From Selaginella moellendorffii (taxonomy: Eukaryota; Plantae; Lycopodiophyta): a stretch of 64,000 nt of DNA. The stretch is from assembly GCF_000143415.4 (NCBI RefSeq), contig NW_003314265.1:634405-698404 (forward strand), written 5' to 3'. Below the pieces are notes generated by a model. That model was not told where the DNA came from and did not search any database. It worked only from the letters and a program-made list of their open reading frames with translations. Below, in pieces: positions 1 through 11,424 of this stretch (the first letter of the stretch is position 1; the number at the start of each line of letters is the position of its first letter). The position numbers and the translations under genes are program-made.

Positions 1-719
1 GGAAGAGATCGCGAGACGAGATCTTAAGGGGGAGGGACAAAGAAGGTTTCCCTCGTCAAAACTCGCTGGTCATGGATGTTTGCTTTGCAGCCGCAAAAAC
101 CCTAAAATCCACCTCGCTTGCTCTCAACGGCCGCGATTAATGGGCACGATTGGCGAATATTCTCCTAAGAATCTTTTCGGTTGAATTTCCTATTGCACAC
201 GGACAATTTTATCAAGTTCACTAGACATTGCCTAGCATAAGCTGCCGTTGGCAAAGTTTTTTTGATCCACATATTATCAATAAAAGATGGACACTTTCTG
301 TGGATCATTCACTATTTGCAAATAGTAAATAAATTATTTTTGCTGGAGCTAGCAATCTTGTTTATTATCTCACTACCAAGCAATGTCTAATACTAATCTT
401 AAGTACTTATGGAAATTAACAGAGCCAACCCCTCAATGAGTATTTGTATTTGATATTAAGATTTCAATTCATGAATTTGCTTGCAATGCATTGAGCACCA
501 TCAAATTTGCATGGATCCCAATGCCTAATTCAAAAGCTTTAACTTTCACTCCATAAGAGGGATAAAGTTGAGGGAATGGCCCCAGTGGGATTGAGATTAA
601 GGGAATGAATAGTAATTTCCCCATTTAATTCTTGCCCATGTATGCATATGTCAAATTTCCTTCTTCTCTCACAATAGGTAATGCTATTATAGCCAATGCT
701 ATTTATATAATAGCATAAA

Positions 720-3550
720 AATGGATATGTGTATTGCTATAATAATATATATTATTATTAACATAGTGCTAGTTGTCCCTAAAAAGTGTTTGGATTTTTA
801 AATTTAAATTTCTCTTATTCTTGTAATTTTTATTTTTGTATTTTTCCTTTTTGTTTTGTTCATTTTCATGATAAAGTAACATACTCCTACTTTGCACTAG
901 CCTCTTCCTCCTCAAGCAATAATTGGTATAATTTCTTAATGCTATGTTGTTGTAGTTAGATAATCAAATTAATATTAGAGATGATGTGTACAATTGATTC
1001 AATTACTTTATGGTGATTATTATATATAATTTTTGGGATGTTTGCATAAGTTTTTTATATGTCTTCAAGGGACATGTTGATAACTATAATAATGTCTTTC
1101 AACAATTGCATCATCTTTATTAGGGGATGTTTGACTCAATTATGCAATTTGTTCTATTTTGTGCAAGTTAAATATGTCAAAATGAACCAACTTTAGACAT
1201 GTTATGGCCAAAATTTGTCAAGATCTATATATACACTTGCCCTTACCCTTGACAATTAGGATAATGATATAAAATACCATCTTTCTCATTTATAACTACA
1301 GTGAGACACAAACCCCAAAGTGGAGCCGAAATGGTGCCACATGGTAATGGCCGAGGTAGAAGCCAAACGAACGTAACATATTTAGACTAAAAAGCTCCGA
1401 CTTGAAAAGTCAAGAGCAAAAGTGGACCTCTCAACGAAGCGCTTGAGGACCGAGTATGAAATGAGAAATAAGTGAATCTCTAGAAAAGGGGACACAAGAA
1501 GGCCCATATATGACATATGGAAGTGTCTGAGATAGGCTTGAGACAGCATCTAAGACAGAGTCCAAGATAGACCCAAGATGGAGTTTAACATGGAGTCCGA
1601 GATCAATCCGAGATGGAGTTCAAGATAGAGTTCGAGATGCACCCGAGATGGAGTATGAAATGGAGTCTGAAATGGACCCAAGATGGAGTCTAAAATGGAA
1701 TTAAGACTGAGTTTGAAATTGAGTTTATGTCTGAATACTAATACAGACTGTTGGGTGAAACCCCAAAGCAATCATCCCCTAAAGGGGGGATTGCAGAGGT
1801 TCCAAAAGTATAATAGGAAGAGTGTGGGGGTTAGACCCTAGTGGAGCCAATTTGGCTAGGAAAAGCCAATGTAACCTAGGAAGGCTATGCCTAAGTATTG
1901 GGTGATGATACGTCTATTAAGGAGTTCAAGGCTAGAGTGAATATGGACTGACAAGTGGGGTAGCTTGGTAAAGTGTTTAAGAGCTAACTCTAGTTCCCCC
2001 AGGAGATCTAATATTTGATGCTTCTAGTCAAAGTGTGGGTAGCACTACCTATTTAGATACCTAGCATAGCCTTATAGTTAGAACACCCAAAGGTAGAAGG
2101 TGGGGAAAATACTCATGAGGTTCGCATAGGGCCACGGTGTTCCAAAATGTTGTCCCAAAATCCTGAATTGTGGAAAGGAAAAGGAACAATCCTTTAGGGT
2201 AGTAACTAAAGATATGGTCACATAGTGAGAAAGTCCCAAAGAACAGTAGAACTTATTAGTCAGGCATGTGGGCCTTGACCCAATGGTAGTGTTAGTGAAT
2301 ATAGGGTGGGAACCGAAAAAAGGATATTAGGGAAAGCTCTTCCCTATGTTTATGGTTATCTTATGGATGCTAAAGAGTGAATCTAGGATGATCACTCATA
2401 GATAGATGGCTCAATCTTTGAGAGATGAGACTATGATATAGGTGATGTTAAATAACAATGCAACAAAAGTGAATGGGCATGGACTTAGCATGTTGGTGAT
2501 ACCTTTAAATGTTGGTCATGGGATAAGACACGTGGAACACTTGGACCAAATGCTAAGGTTGAGTAGCATGAATGCCATTTTCGGTGTTAACAAGCCCTAA
2601 GTCCGGAATAAAATTTATGGAGGTTGTGAGTGAGACTCCTCCAAGTGGTCGAAAATATAGTTAAATGACTAAAGTGGAATGGAAAATTTAATCGCTTACA
2701 TATATATGTTTCAACTCCACTCCTTTTGGGAGATGATCTAAGGTTGATGCTATTGCCTATATTTAAGGACAAAGACAAAGACATAATTGTAACTATGATA
2801 TTCATTGTTGGGTGTATGGTAAGATTGGTTACATATATCAATATTGTTGATATTTCTTGGATTAATATCCTTTATTTTTTGGGTGGAGGCCTTGTGTTTG
2901 ATGTTGTTGTAGTGAAAAGACTTGATAAAGAAATTATTTTAAGAAACAAAGAGTCAACTCAAACAATGGAGGGTCTTTGTGTGAATAAATTAATGACCAT
3001 TTCATCCTTCTTTCAGAATACTATCAAAGAGTTTATTTTACATTAATTCATCTATTATAAACTTTCCAAGATCATTTTTATAATTCTTTGTAATAAATTT
3101 GAGTTTAGCTTTAAATGCTTAGCCTTTTGACACATATTATCATCTATGTTTGTCTCGTGCGGTAAAGCCAATCTTCATTTTCTATGGCAACAACTTATAT
3201 AGACATGTGCATGGCATGAGGTAACCTAGCTATATATATATGGGAAATCTTGAGCTTGAGCTTTAATTGTTGTAGGTGGTATATAATAAATTGGTATGGC
3301 TTGATTGTAATGCAATTATAAAATTCAAAGAGTTTTATGGCTAATGTTAATGTTCTTTCTTTTCTTCTCTCTCTTCTTTTATCCTTAAAATTCCAACATC
3401 AATGGATTTTCTAGATGAGGATTCCATTCTATTAGTAGTTGTTGTGTTTGATGTTCAATATTCACAAGGAGCAAAGTTGGATTTACCTTCTTTAAATAAG
3501 GGTCATGAGGCTAAAAATGTTGAACTATGAATTTAAAGGCTTATAAAGGG
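720..3550 (+). mobile_element. Highly decayed Ty3/gypsy remnant of the same family as 34171-39689 and 39715-44648 (LTR relic, gag, protease, RNaseH-integrase linker; RT largely deleted), split by a solo LTR
   Basis: About 1065-1150 reads FKGHVDNYNNVFQQLHHL, matching gag FGHANDCDDAFQQLHHL. 2740-2850 matches the QGQGRGR..CWACDEVGH region. 3403-3540 matches VDFLDEDSVP..DVQCPQGAEQDLPSLNE of the 40927..43521 ORF. Confidence 0.7.
1301..2700 (+). mobile_element. Solo LTR (family D), inverted relative to the 9632-17195 element
   Basis: Reverse complement of LTR 9632-11424: starts gtgagacaca, ends atcgcttaca, and contains the ATGGAGTCCGAG-type minisatellite (1545-1740). The flanks (taca/tata) rejoin the host gag reading. 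Confidence 0.85.
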
Positions 3551-5107
3551 ATGGTGTTAGTAGAGTGGTTATGGCAAAGGTTAAATTTTCTTTTATTCTT
3601 TTCACTCCTATAACTTGGTTTTTTCTCTTTTTCTCAATTTGACTTCATAGATGGCATCTTGAAAGTGGTAAAAAACACTCCTAGTAGTGGCATTTAATTC
3701 AGATCCAAGATTCAAGAGATTTAGATTGACCTTAAGCTTTGAAATGAAGGTTCTTAGGTGGTAGCTAGTAGGTTAACAATGCCTAATGGTTAAGATAGAG
3801 ACTTTACAATTGTCTTCAGAGTCTCTTAGGACTAAAACAATCTGCCACCACTAGCCTTACAAGCCCTAAAGTAGAGGGAAAAATAGAGTTTTTTTTGCCA
3901 AGATTTATGTGATCTTGCTAGCCTTAACATATGACAAAGACAATAACAATTAAGGAGATGGTGGCACATTAAGTTAAGACTCTTTTGAAGATGCGCTATG
4001 TATGAGGGGGTTGGTCCAAAGTTGAGTTGAGCTCAATTCATCTCAAGTCAATGCTAGTCAACATAATCAACCATAAGTCTTATAAGGAAATATTAAGTCA
4101 GAAAAATGTTATTCTTTGCTAAACTTGAAATTTATGAATTTAAGTATCAATGATTCATAGAAATTTCAATTTTTTTAATCTTTCTAATGCAATTTATACA
4201 ATAAAATACTATTTCTAGAATTAGAAGTTTGTCTGAACCCATAGAAATTTTTGGGCTTTATTGGTCCCAAATAAAATGGGAACATTGAAGTTTGAATGAA
4301 TTTAAAATTTCTATTGTACATTTCAACATTTTAACATTTCAACAATTGACTAGAAATATATAAATAATTTGAAACACTGATTCACTTGTTCATTTTTTAG
4401 GGTTTACAAAGATGGGAAATAAGGAAAACAAAAAATCTGTAAGTAGTTCTAGCATACAGAAATGTGAGAATGTTAATTTTGTTTCACTACCACAATCTTT
4501 ATATTCACCCCTGGTCCTTATTACCCATCCGGGAATGTAGATACCACTGTCACTATTGATAAAAATGCCCTTATTACTTCCAAAGCAACAGTCCAGAGCA
4601 AGAGAAAAAAGAAAAAATGGACAACATAGTGGAAAGCACTAATGAATTCATTCTATAAACCTTTCAATGCCTTTTGTAATCCAAAAATATATTTTTAAAA
4701 AAGAGTAAATTTTTATATATAGTTTATTCCTTTTTATATATTTTGTTTTTCAAAGAGTATAAGTATATATGATGTGGACAAATCAAAGAGTTAAATCTAT
4801 ATCCTTATTTTATATAGCTGGTCTGCCATATATAATAATGGTGAATGCACACAGACATGTGAGTATGCCTTTTTGCAAAATTACCTTTCAATCCCAAAAT
4901 CATCTACGTATTAATTATGTGCTAGTTTTTAGCTTTTGAAACCCTATAGCCACTTGTCTCTCATAGTAGATTGTAACTACTGAGATTGACAATTATCATT
5001 TAATATAGTGTCATATCATAATAAAACATCATTCTTGAGATTAAAATATAATATATTAATCAGAAAATTCTTATTGTTGGGAAGTTTAATTCTTCTTGTG
5101 TATTGCA

Positions 5108-5661
5108 ATGGCTAGGAAGAAGTTTATTTTTGGTCCCAGAGGCTTTTCATATGAGTCTCCACTTCCATCTCCAATCTCAACCAATAATCCAGCTTCACTT
5201 CTACGCAACAATCCTCCTTTTCATTTTACGGGTTGTTTGAGACTTTTCCATTTGCAACCTCGAGTGCAACTGAATAAAAATCCCTTCCTTATGATGTTGT
5301 TAAAAGAGTTAAATTGCCTCCAATGCTCTAAGAGTGATGTCAATATTTTCTTCAAGATCTTGCTCCAGATATAGTAAGAGAGTTTAATGTAGATACATAT
5401 TATCTTTAGTGTCCTATACGTAACTTTTATTTAAACAAGACAGATAGTTGCATGGGTTTGATAAATTTTATTGAGCATTGTCACAAATGCCCAAAAGTGG
5501 GTTTAGAAGGTATGCACGCGTGGATGTATAAGAAAATTAAGAAAGAATTAAAAACATACAACTATTATGATTTCATAGTGGAGAACAATATTCCATTGGT
5601 GAACACTTCATCAGTAAGTGTTGAATATGGGATATTTAGGCCACCCTTTAATGTAATGTGA
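5108..5661 (+). pseudogene. Frameshifted paralogue of the 181-aa orphan ORF at 5920-6465
   Basis: C-terminal part MGLINFIEHCHKCPKVGLEGMHAWMYKKIKKELK..VEYGIFRPP aligns with 5920..6465. The N-terminal part is broken by stops and frameshifts. Confidence 0.75.
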
Positions 5662-5919
5662 AAGTTATGCATAGTTTTTTCAAAAGTTTAATTCTTTATG
5701 AGTAAAGTGGAGAATCCTATATTTTCGAGAATGATAATATTCTAGCATGTATAAATATATTATTATATATACAAGTGGTTCTGAAATTGTTATAATTCTG
5801 AAGTCCCATTTTTGAGACTGACAATTTAAACTTTCAAAAACCCCTAGATCTTTTCTTAGTATAAAAACTAATAAGGGATGCTTTCAACATTGAAATTTTA
5901 GTTTATTTAGAGTGTAAGA

Positions 5920-6465
5920 ATGGCTAGGGAAAATGCTATTGCTACTCGCAGTTGGCCCCCATGCATTTCATATAAGTCTTCACCTCCATTTCCAACTTTT
6001 ATCAACATTCCACTCTTCCCTCCACACAACAATAGTTGTGAGGCTTTTCCTTTTGTAGCCCCAAGTGTGACTAAACAAGAGATCCCTCTTCTAGATAATG
6101 TTCTAGATGTTGCTACTAAAGATGGATTGCCTCATGTGTTTCAAGAGCGATGCCAGATATTTCTTCAAGATCTTACTCTAGATATGGTTGAAACTTTTGA
6201 AAGAATGAACACATATTATCTCCAGTGTCCCATCTACTACTTTTATTTAGATAAAACGGAAAGTTGTATGGGTCTAGAAAATTTTCTAGAACACTGTCAC
6301 AACTGCCCAAGAACTGGTGTGGAAGGTGTGCATAAATGGATGTATAAGAAAATCAAGAAAGAGTTAACACACAACCATTATCATTTCATGGTGAGGAACA
6401 ATATTCTGTTAGTAAATATTATATCCACAAGTGTTGAATATGGTATTTTTAGGCCATCCTACTGA
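5920..6465 (+). CDS. Intronless 181-aa orphan protein with a Cys/His cluster (C..C..HCHNC..H), probable transposon accessory gene
   Basis: Open ATG-TGA frame. Protein-level conservation with the adjacent paralogue. Telo-box AAACCCTA at about 5838 upstream. Confidence 0.6.
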   Translation: MARENAIATRSWPPCISYKSSPPFPTFINIPLFPPHNNSCEAFPFVAPSVTKQEIPLLDNVLDVATKDGLPHVFQERCQIFLQDLTLDMVETFERMNTYYLQCPIYYFYLDKTESCMGLENFLEHCHNCPRTGVEGVHKWMYKKIKKELTHNHYHFMVRNNILLVNIISTSVEYGIFRPSY

Positions 6466-6604
6466 AAGTTTTAGCTACTAATAAATCTTACACTATATAT
6501 TATCCATTCCCCCCCCCCCTCTCTCGCCATTTTTTTATTAACAAAAGTGTATTACCTATAGATAATAAACTCATAATATTAGTAATTATGAAATTTGACA
6601 GATT

Positions 6605-6720
6605 GATACTGTAACTCTATCATCTCTGACACTGACATTGTCTCTGTCACTGACACTATCACTATCACTATCTGCTGCACTGACACTGTCACTATCACAA
6701 TCATTATCACATTGACATGT
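6605..6720. repeat. Degenerate hexamer array (ACTGAC/ACTATC/ACTGTC)
   Basis: Directly visible repeats between two convergent 3' ends. Confidence 0.7.
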
Positions 6721-9631
6721 GACACATCTTTCTCATTGCAAGTGGATGCATTCAATTGTCATTAATAAATGACTTCCAGAAAACTAAATATATATTGTAT
6801 ATAAGTTTTTAAAACATCATAAATCACCTTCTAAAAGCAACTGATAGAGAAGGATGAAAACCTCTAAAACGGCGTTTGAAAAACTCATATTCTTCAATCG
6901 CAAACACCGATCTACCAGAGTCACGTGTTGCCTCGACTATCAAACCACTACTTGCTGTGCAATCAATGAGAACACCCCTAATTGGGCAATAAAGCTCAAG
7001 TAGGATATGCATCGCCGATGGAGATCGGAACCAATACCTAGAGAATGTGTTGTAGATGTCATCGTCTATGAGATTTGGTATGATGTTAGTAAAGCTATCA
7101 TACCCTAGCAAAACCCTTGCAACACGCTCGCTATCACAAAATCCATCATTTTCTCTTCTACAGAACACATGGTAGGTCCACATCATAACCTAAATAATAA
7201 AACTTTAGAGACAACCAAAACAGAAGATGATTTCTTACCTTCTCTGGCATGCCTAGGACACTTTTGGTCTCGACCCCAACACTATCCATGATGCATTTGG
7301 AAGAGAACCTTTTGAAGTTGACTTGACTTGCATACCTCATAAGGCAGAACATCCTATGGGGGTCATTCGGGAGAATGAAGGCAACTTGACCAGTTATGTG
7401 AAGAAGAATTGCTACCAAAAGGAATGAATCCTTCAAGTGGTCTTTAGTTAGGTTGTTCTAGCTTTGAACATCACCATTAGCGTCTGGAAGACCATCTAGC
7501 ATGTCAAAGAACATGAATTTTGTGCTCTTGAGCAGTCGCCTATGGATCTTTTGACAAAAGCGCTCCCACTTTTGCCAGATAACCATATTCTCAGCATCCT
7601 CCTCAAAAGATGCCATCAATGAATTGTAGAAGCCAATAAAGATTCTAACTTCACCACAGAATGCCACTGGAGAAACAGGGCGAATCTAGGGGGAGAAGAC
7701 AAAGATAAAATGTGAACTTAAGAAAAATTTACATACCATCATATAGCGTGTGGTAGACATAAGTTCCTTTGGGTCCTCTTTTTGGGCATCAAGACAAGCT
7801 AGAATGAAGTTACTCCCGACAATTTTTGCTGCAACCATTTTGAGGAACTAAAGAAAGGAGAGAATTAAGAGAAATATACCTCGAGAAGTTCCTCAGTTAC
7901 GGGGACATCTTAGACGATCATTATCACTATTGACTAATTCCTCCATACATAGATTTGCACACTTTTGTTGAGGTAGAACTTCTTGGATGTTTTGGTTCTC
8001 TTGCTCGACTTCGTCTCGAGGAATTTCTTGCAAGTTGTTCTCACTACCATCTTCACTCTCCTCACCATTGGCACCAATGGTATCGACATTCTCATGGCCA
8101 TCATCTTCATCATCCGGCACGCCTTCATTGTTGCCTCTTGCAGCCTCTCGGTGGGTTGGTGCATAATCTAGCATCTCCAATTCCCAAGGATAAGCTCGCT
8201 TTATTGCTGCTGGAAACTTCATTGTTGTCAGGTACACCTCCATCTCTCACACCATACCTCAGGAGTTGTTTGCATACTAGTGTTTCGAGAGGAACGCCTC
8301 TATATTGGAGATACCTATAATACAATATAAACAAATTGAGTATAGTTGAGAAATTGTATGTTACCTGAAAGCCACTCGACACATGAAATAAGGTTGGCCA
8401 AGTTGTTTATCAAATGGAGTCGTGCTTGTGGCCTTCTTTGGCAGCCAATCCTCTCCAAGTTTTGTAAGCTCAATGGTGACCAAGTCCTTGAATGGAAGTT
8501 GCTCAGGATCATCCCCTATGAAAGGCACTAAAAACATATACAGTATGTGAAATGTAGACTCCTCATCATAGTCTTCATCATACTGTCCAAACCTTTTTCT
8601 CCTTCCCTGAGTTTGCTATTGAGGTCATTCAAAATGTGTATCTGTTCCTCATATGTAAGCCTTGACTTTAAGATGTTGTAAATAATCTCATCTAGAGTCT
8701 TGCCCACTAAGAAATAACTTTTGTGAGTAACCTTCATGTAAACGCAAACAATACTTATTTTCATGACAAGCAATCTCTGTTATGATATCAAACCACTCCT
8801 TTGGGCGTCGAGGGTCAGCCACACTAAGTAATTTCTTTACCTTTGTCTTCTTTGTGTTGTTGATTTTCTTGTCAATTGCAGCTAAATGCTCCAAGAGTTC
8901 TTGATTATTTTCCGCTCGATGCGACTATGCATATGCATCTTGCTTAACCTTCACCAATGGCTGAAGACAACACAAACATTCTATGATAAAAAGTATACTT
9001 GGAAGAACATACCTTACTCCACACAGCTGTCATAAAAGCCACTGGATTCTTGTACCATCTATTAGCATTTTGACGACCTCGTTGATGTCGAATAAGTGAT
9101 GTTAAATCATCACCATAGTGGCTGCAAACTACATCCTTGTTGAGATTGGCAAGAAACTAGATCTACTCAATATCATGTACTAGGCTTTGTTTCCGCATTG
9201 CAAATTGTCAAACACAAATTATTAACAGTGATTGAAGAGGGAGAGGTACTTACACATTAATTTTGTGGCAAGCTATCACAAGCCTTGCCACATCTAGAGA
9301 TCCTCTCGCATGTACATGTTCAACCGAAACATTGATGTCATAGATAGGATTGTCTCGGAAGCATTTCTTGATGCACTTCATCCATACATACCAACAATGA
9401 ATCCTGTCAATAATGTAGAACATTTTCCCCACAAATTATTGAGTCTCAAGATGGCTCATAAGCATGTTGTCAAATTTGCAAGACTTCATTTTCCAAATGT
9501 CATCCCAAACCCTCTCGATTTCTGGTGACATCGAGAAGGTATTTGTCGTTCCTGGCTTGAAGACCGAAACAAGGAACATACCTATGTTTGTCCCAAGGCC
9601 ATTCTGTTTGTACAGACTATAGATGTCTATA

Positions 9632-11424
9632 TATAAGCGATTAATTTTTTCCATTCTACTTTAGTCACTTAACCACACCTTCGATCACTTGGAAGAGTCT
9701 CATTCACAACCTCCATAAGTCCCACTCAGGACTTGGGGCTTACTAGCCCCGAAAATGGCATCCATGCCACCCAACCTTTGCACTTGGTCCAAGTGCTCCA
9801 CGTGTCCGGTCCCATGACCGACACCCCAAGGCACCACCAACATACCAGCCCGTTATGCTAGGCCATGCCCAATCACCTTGGTCACATCGATGGTCCAACA
9901 CCACCTGCATTGCAATCCTGTCCCTCCAAGACTGGGCCATCCGTCCATGAGTGGTCATCCCAAATCCACTCCTTAGCATCCTTAAGATGCCCGTAGACAT
10001 GGGGAATAGCCTTCCCCAATATCTCCTTTTTGGTCCCTACCAAGTCCCTTTCTGTCCTTGGCTGTGTTCGCCAACACTACCACTGAATCAAGGCCCATGG
10101 GCCCGACCACTAAGTCCCACTGTCCTCTAGGACTTCCTCACTGTGTGACTGTGTCCTTGGTCACCACACCAAAGGGCTACTCCTCTTCCTTTCCACAGTC
10201 TGGGACTTTGGGACAACATTTCGGAACACCGTGGCCCTACACGGCCCTCATGGGTACTCTCCCTGCCTTCCATCTTTAGGTGCTCTAGCCATGGGCTTAG
10301 AGCGAGGTTCCGTTGAGCCACGCCAGGTATCCAAGTAGGTAGTGCCACCCACACTTGGACTGAGAGCATCGGCCAGTCGATCTCTCGAGGGAACTAGAGC
10401 TGGCTCTTGAACACTTCACCAAGCTACCCCGCTTGTCAATCCGTGTTCACCCTAGTCTTGGACTTCCCAGTGGGCAGCTCATCACCCAACACTGGGTACA
10501 GCCTTTCTGGGCCAAATTGGCCTTTCCTGGCTAAACTGGCTCCACTACAATCCTCCCCCTACTATACTTTTGGAGCTCACCAAACCCCCCAAGGTCTGGG
10601 AGACGAACGCTTTGGGCTTTCACCCTCTCAGACTCGAACTCGGACTCGGATTCGGACTCGGACTCGGACTCGGACTCGGGCTTGGGCTCGGTCTCGGCCT
10701 CGGCCTCGGTCTCGGTCTCAGTCCTGATCTCGGTCTCGGTCCCAGTCCCGGTCTCGGTCTCGGTCTCGGTCCCGGTCTCGGTCTCGACCTCAGACTCCAT
10801 CTCGGGTCCTTCTCGGACTCCACCTCGGATTCCATCTCGGACTCCATCTCGGGTCCATCTCGGACTTCATCTCGGATTCCATCTCAAGTCCATCTCGGAC
10901 TCCATCTCAGACTCCATCTCGAGTCCATCTCGGACTCTATCTCGGACTCCATCTCGGGTCCATCTCGGACTCCATCTTGGGTCCATCTCGGACTCCATCT
11001 CGGACTCCATCTCGAGTCCATCTCGGACTCTATCTCGGACTCCATCTTAGGTCCATCTCGGACTCCATCTTGGACTCCATCTCGGACTCCATCTCAGGTC
11101 CACCTCGGACTCCACCTCAGACTCCACTTCAGACTCCTTGTTGGACTCCACTTCGGACTCCAACTTGGGTCCATCTCGAACTCCATCTTGGACACCTCCA
11201 TGTGTCATGTATTGGTCCTTTTGGGTCCCTTTTTGGAGCCTCGCCTATTACTCACTTCGTGTTCGTTCCTCGAGCACTTTGTTGGGAGTTCCATTCCCGC
11301 TCTTGACTTTTCAAATCGGAGCTTTTAGTCCAAACGTGTTACGCTCATTTGGCTTTTGCTTCGGCCACTACCACATGGTGCCTTTCCGACTCCACTTTGG
11401 GGCTTAGGGATTTTGTGTCTCACA
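9632..11424 (-). repeat. 3' LTR of family D element, with CTCGGW hexamer and CTCGGACTCCAT 12-mer arrays (about 10628-11195)
   Basis: Direct repeat of 15447-17195; ends ..tgtgtctcaca. Confidence 0.9.

Noticed and set aside
1-200. Gene start at the left edge (telo-box at 97-105)
   Set aside because: Promoter-like, but there is no supportable coding sequence within the window.
3555-3929. Possible solo LTR (TGTTAG...TTAACA)
   Set aside because: No convincing TSD and no second copy in the window.
6824-9631. Bacterial or phage contamination as the source of the ParB-MTase
   Set aside because: The gene has spliceosomal introns, a plant LTR insertion and the same decay pattern as neighbouring plant TEs.
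10628-11195. CRISPR-like array
   Set aside because: Contiguous 6/12-bp tandem units without unique spacers; eukaryotic context with no cas genes.
10407-11407. Long overlapping ORFs (SRSR, GLGL, ETET, SISD repeats), also at 16220-17242 and 1550-1771
   Set aside because: They are translations of the stop-poor LTR minisatellite in all frames, not genes.
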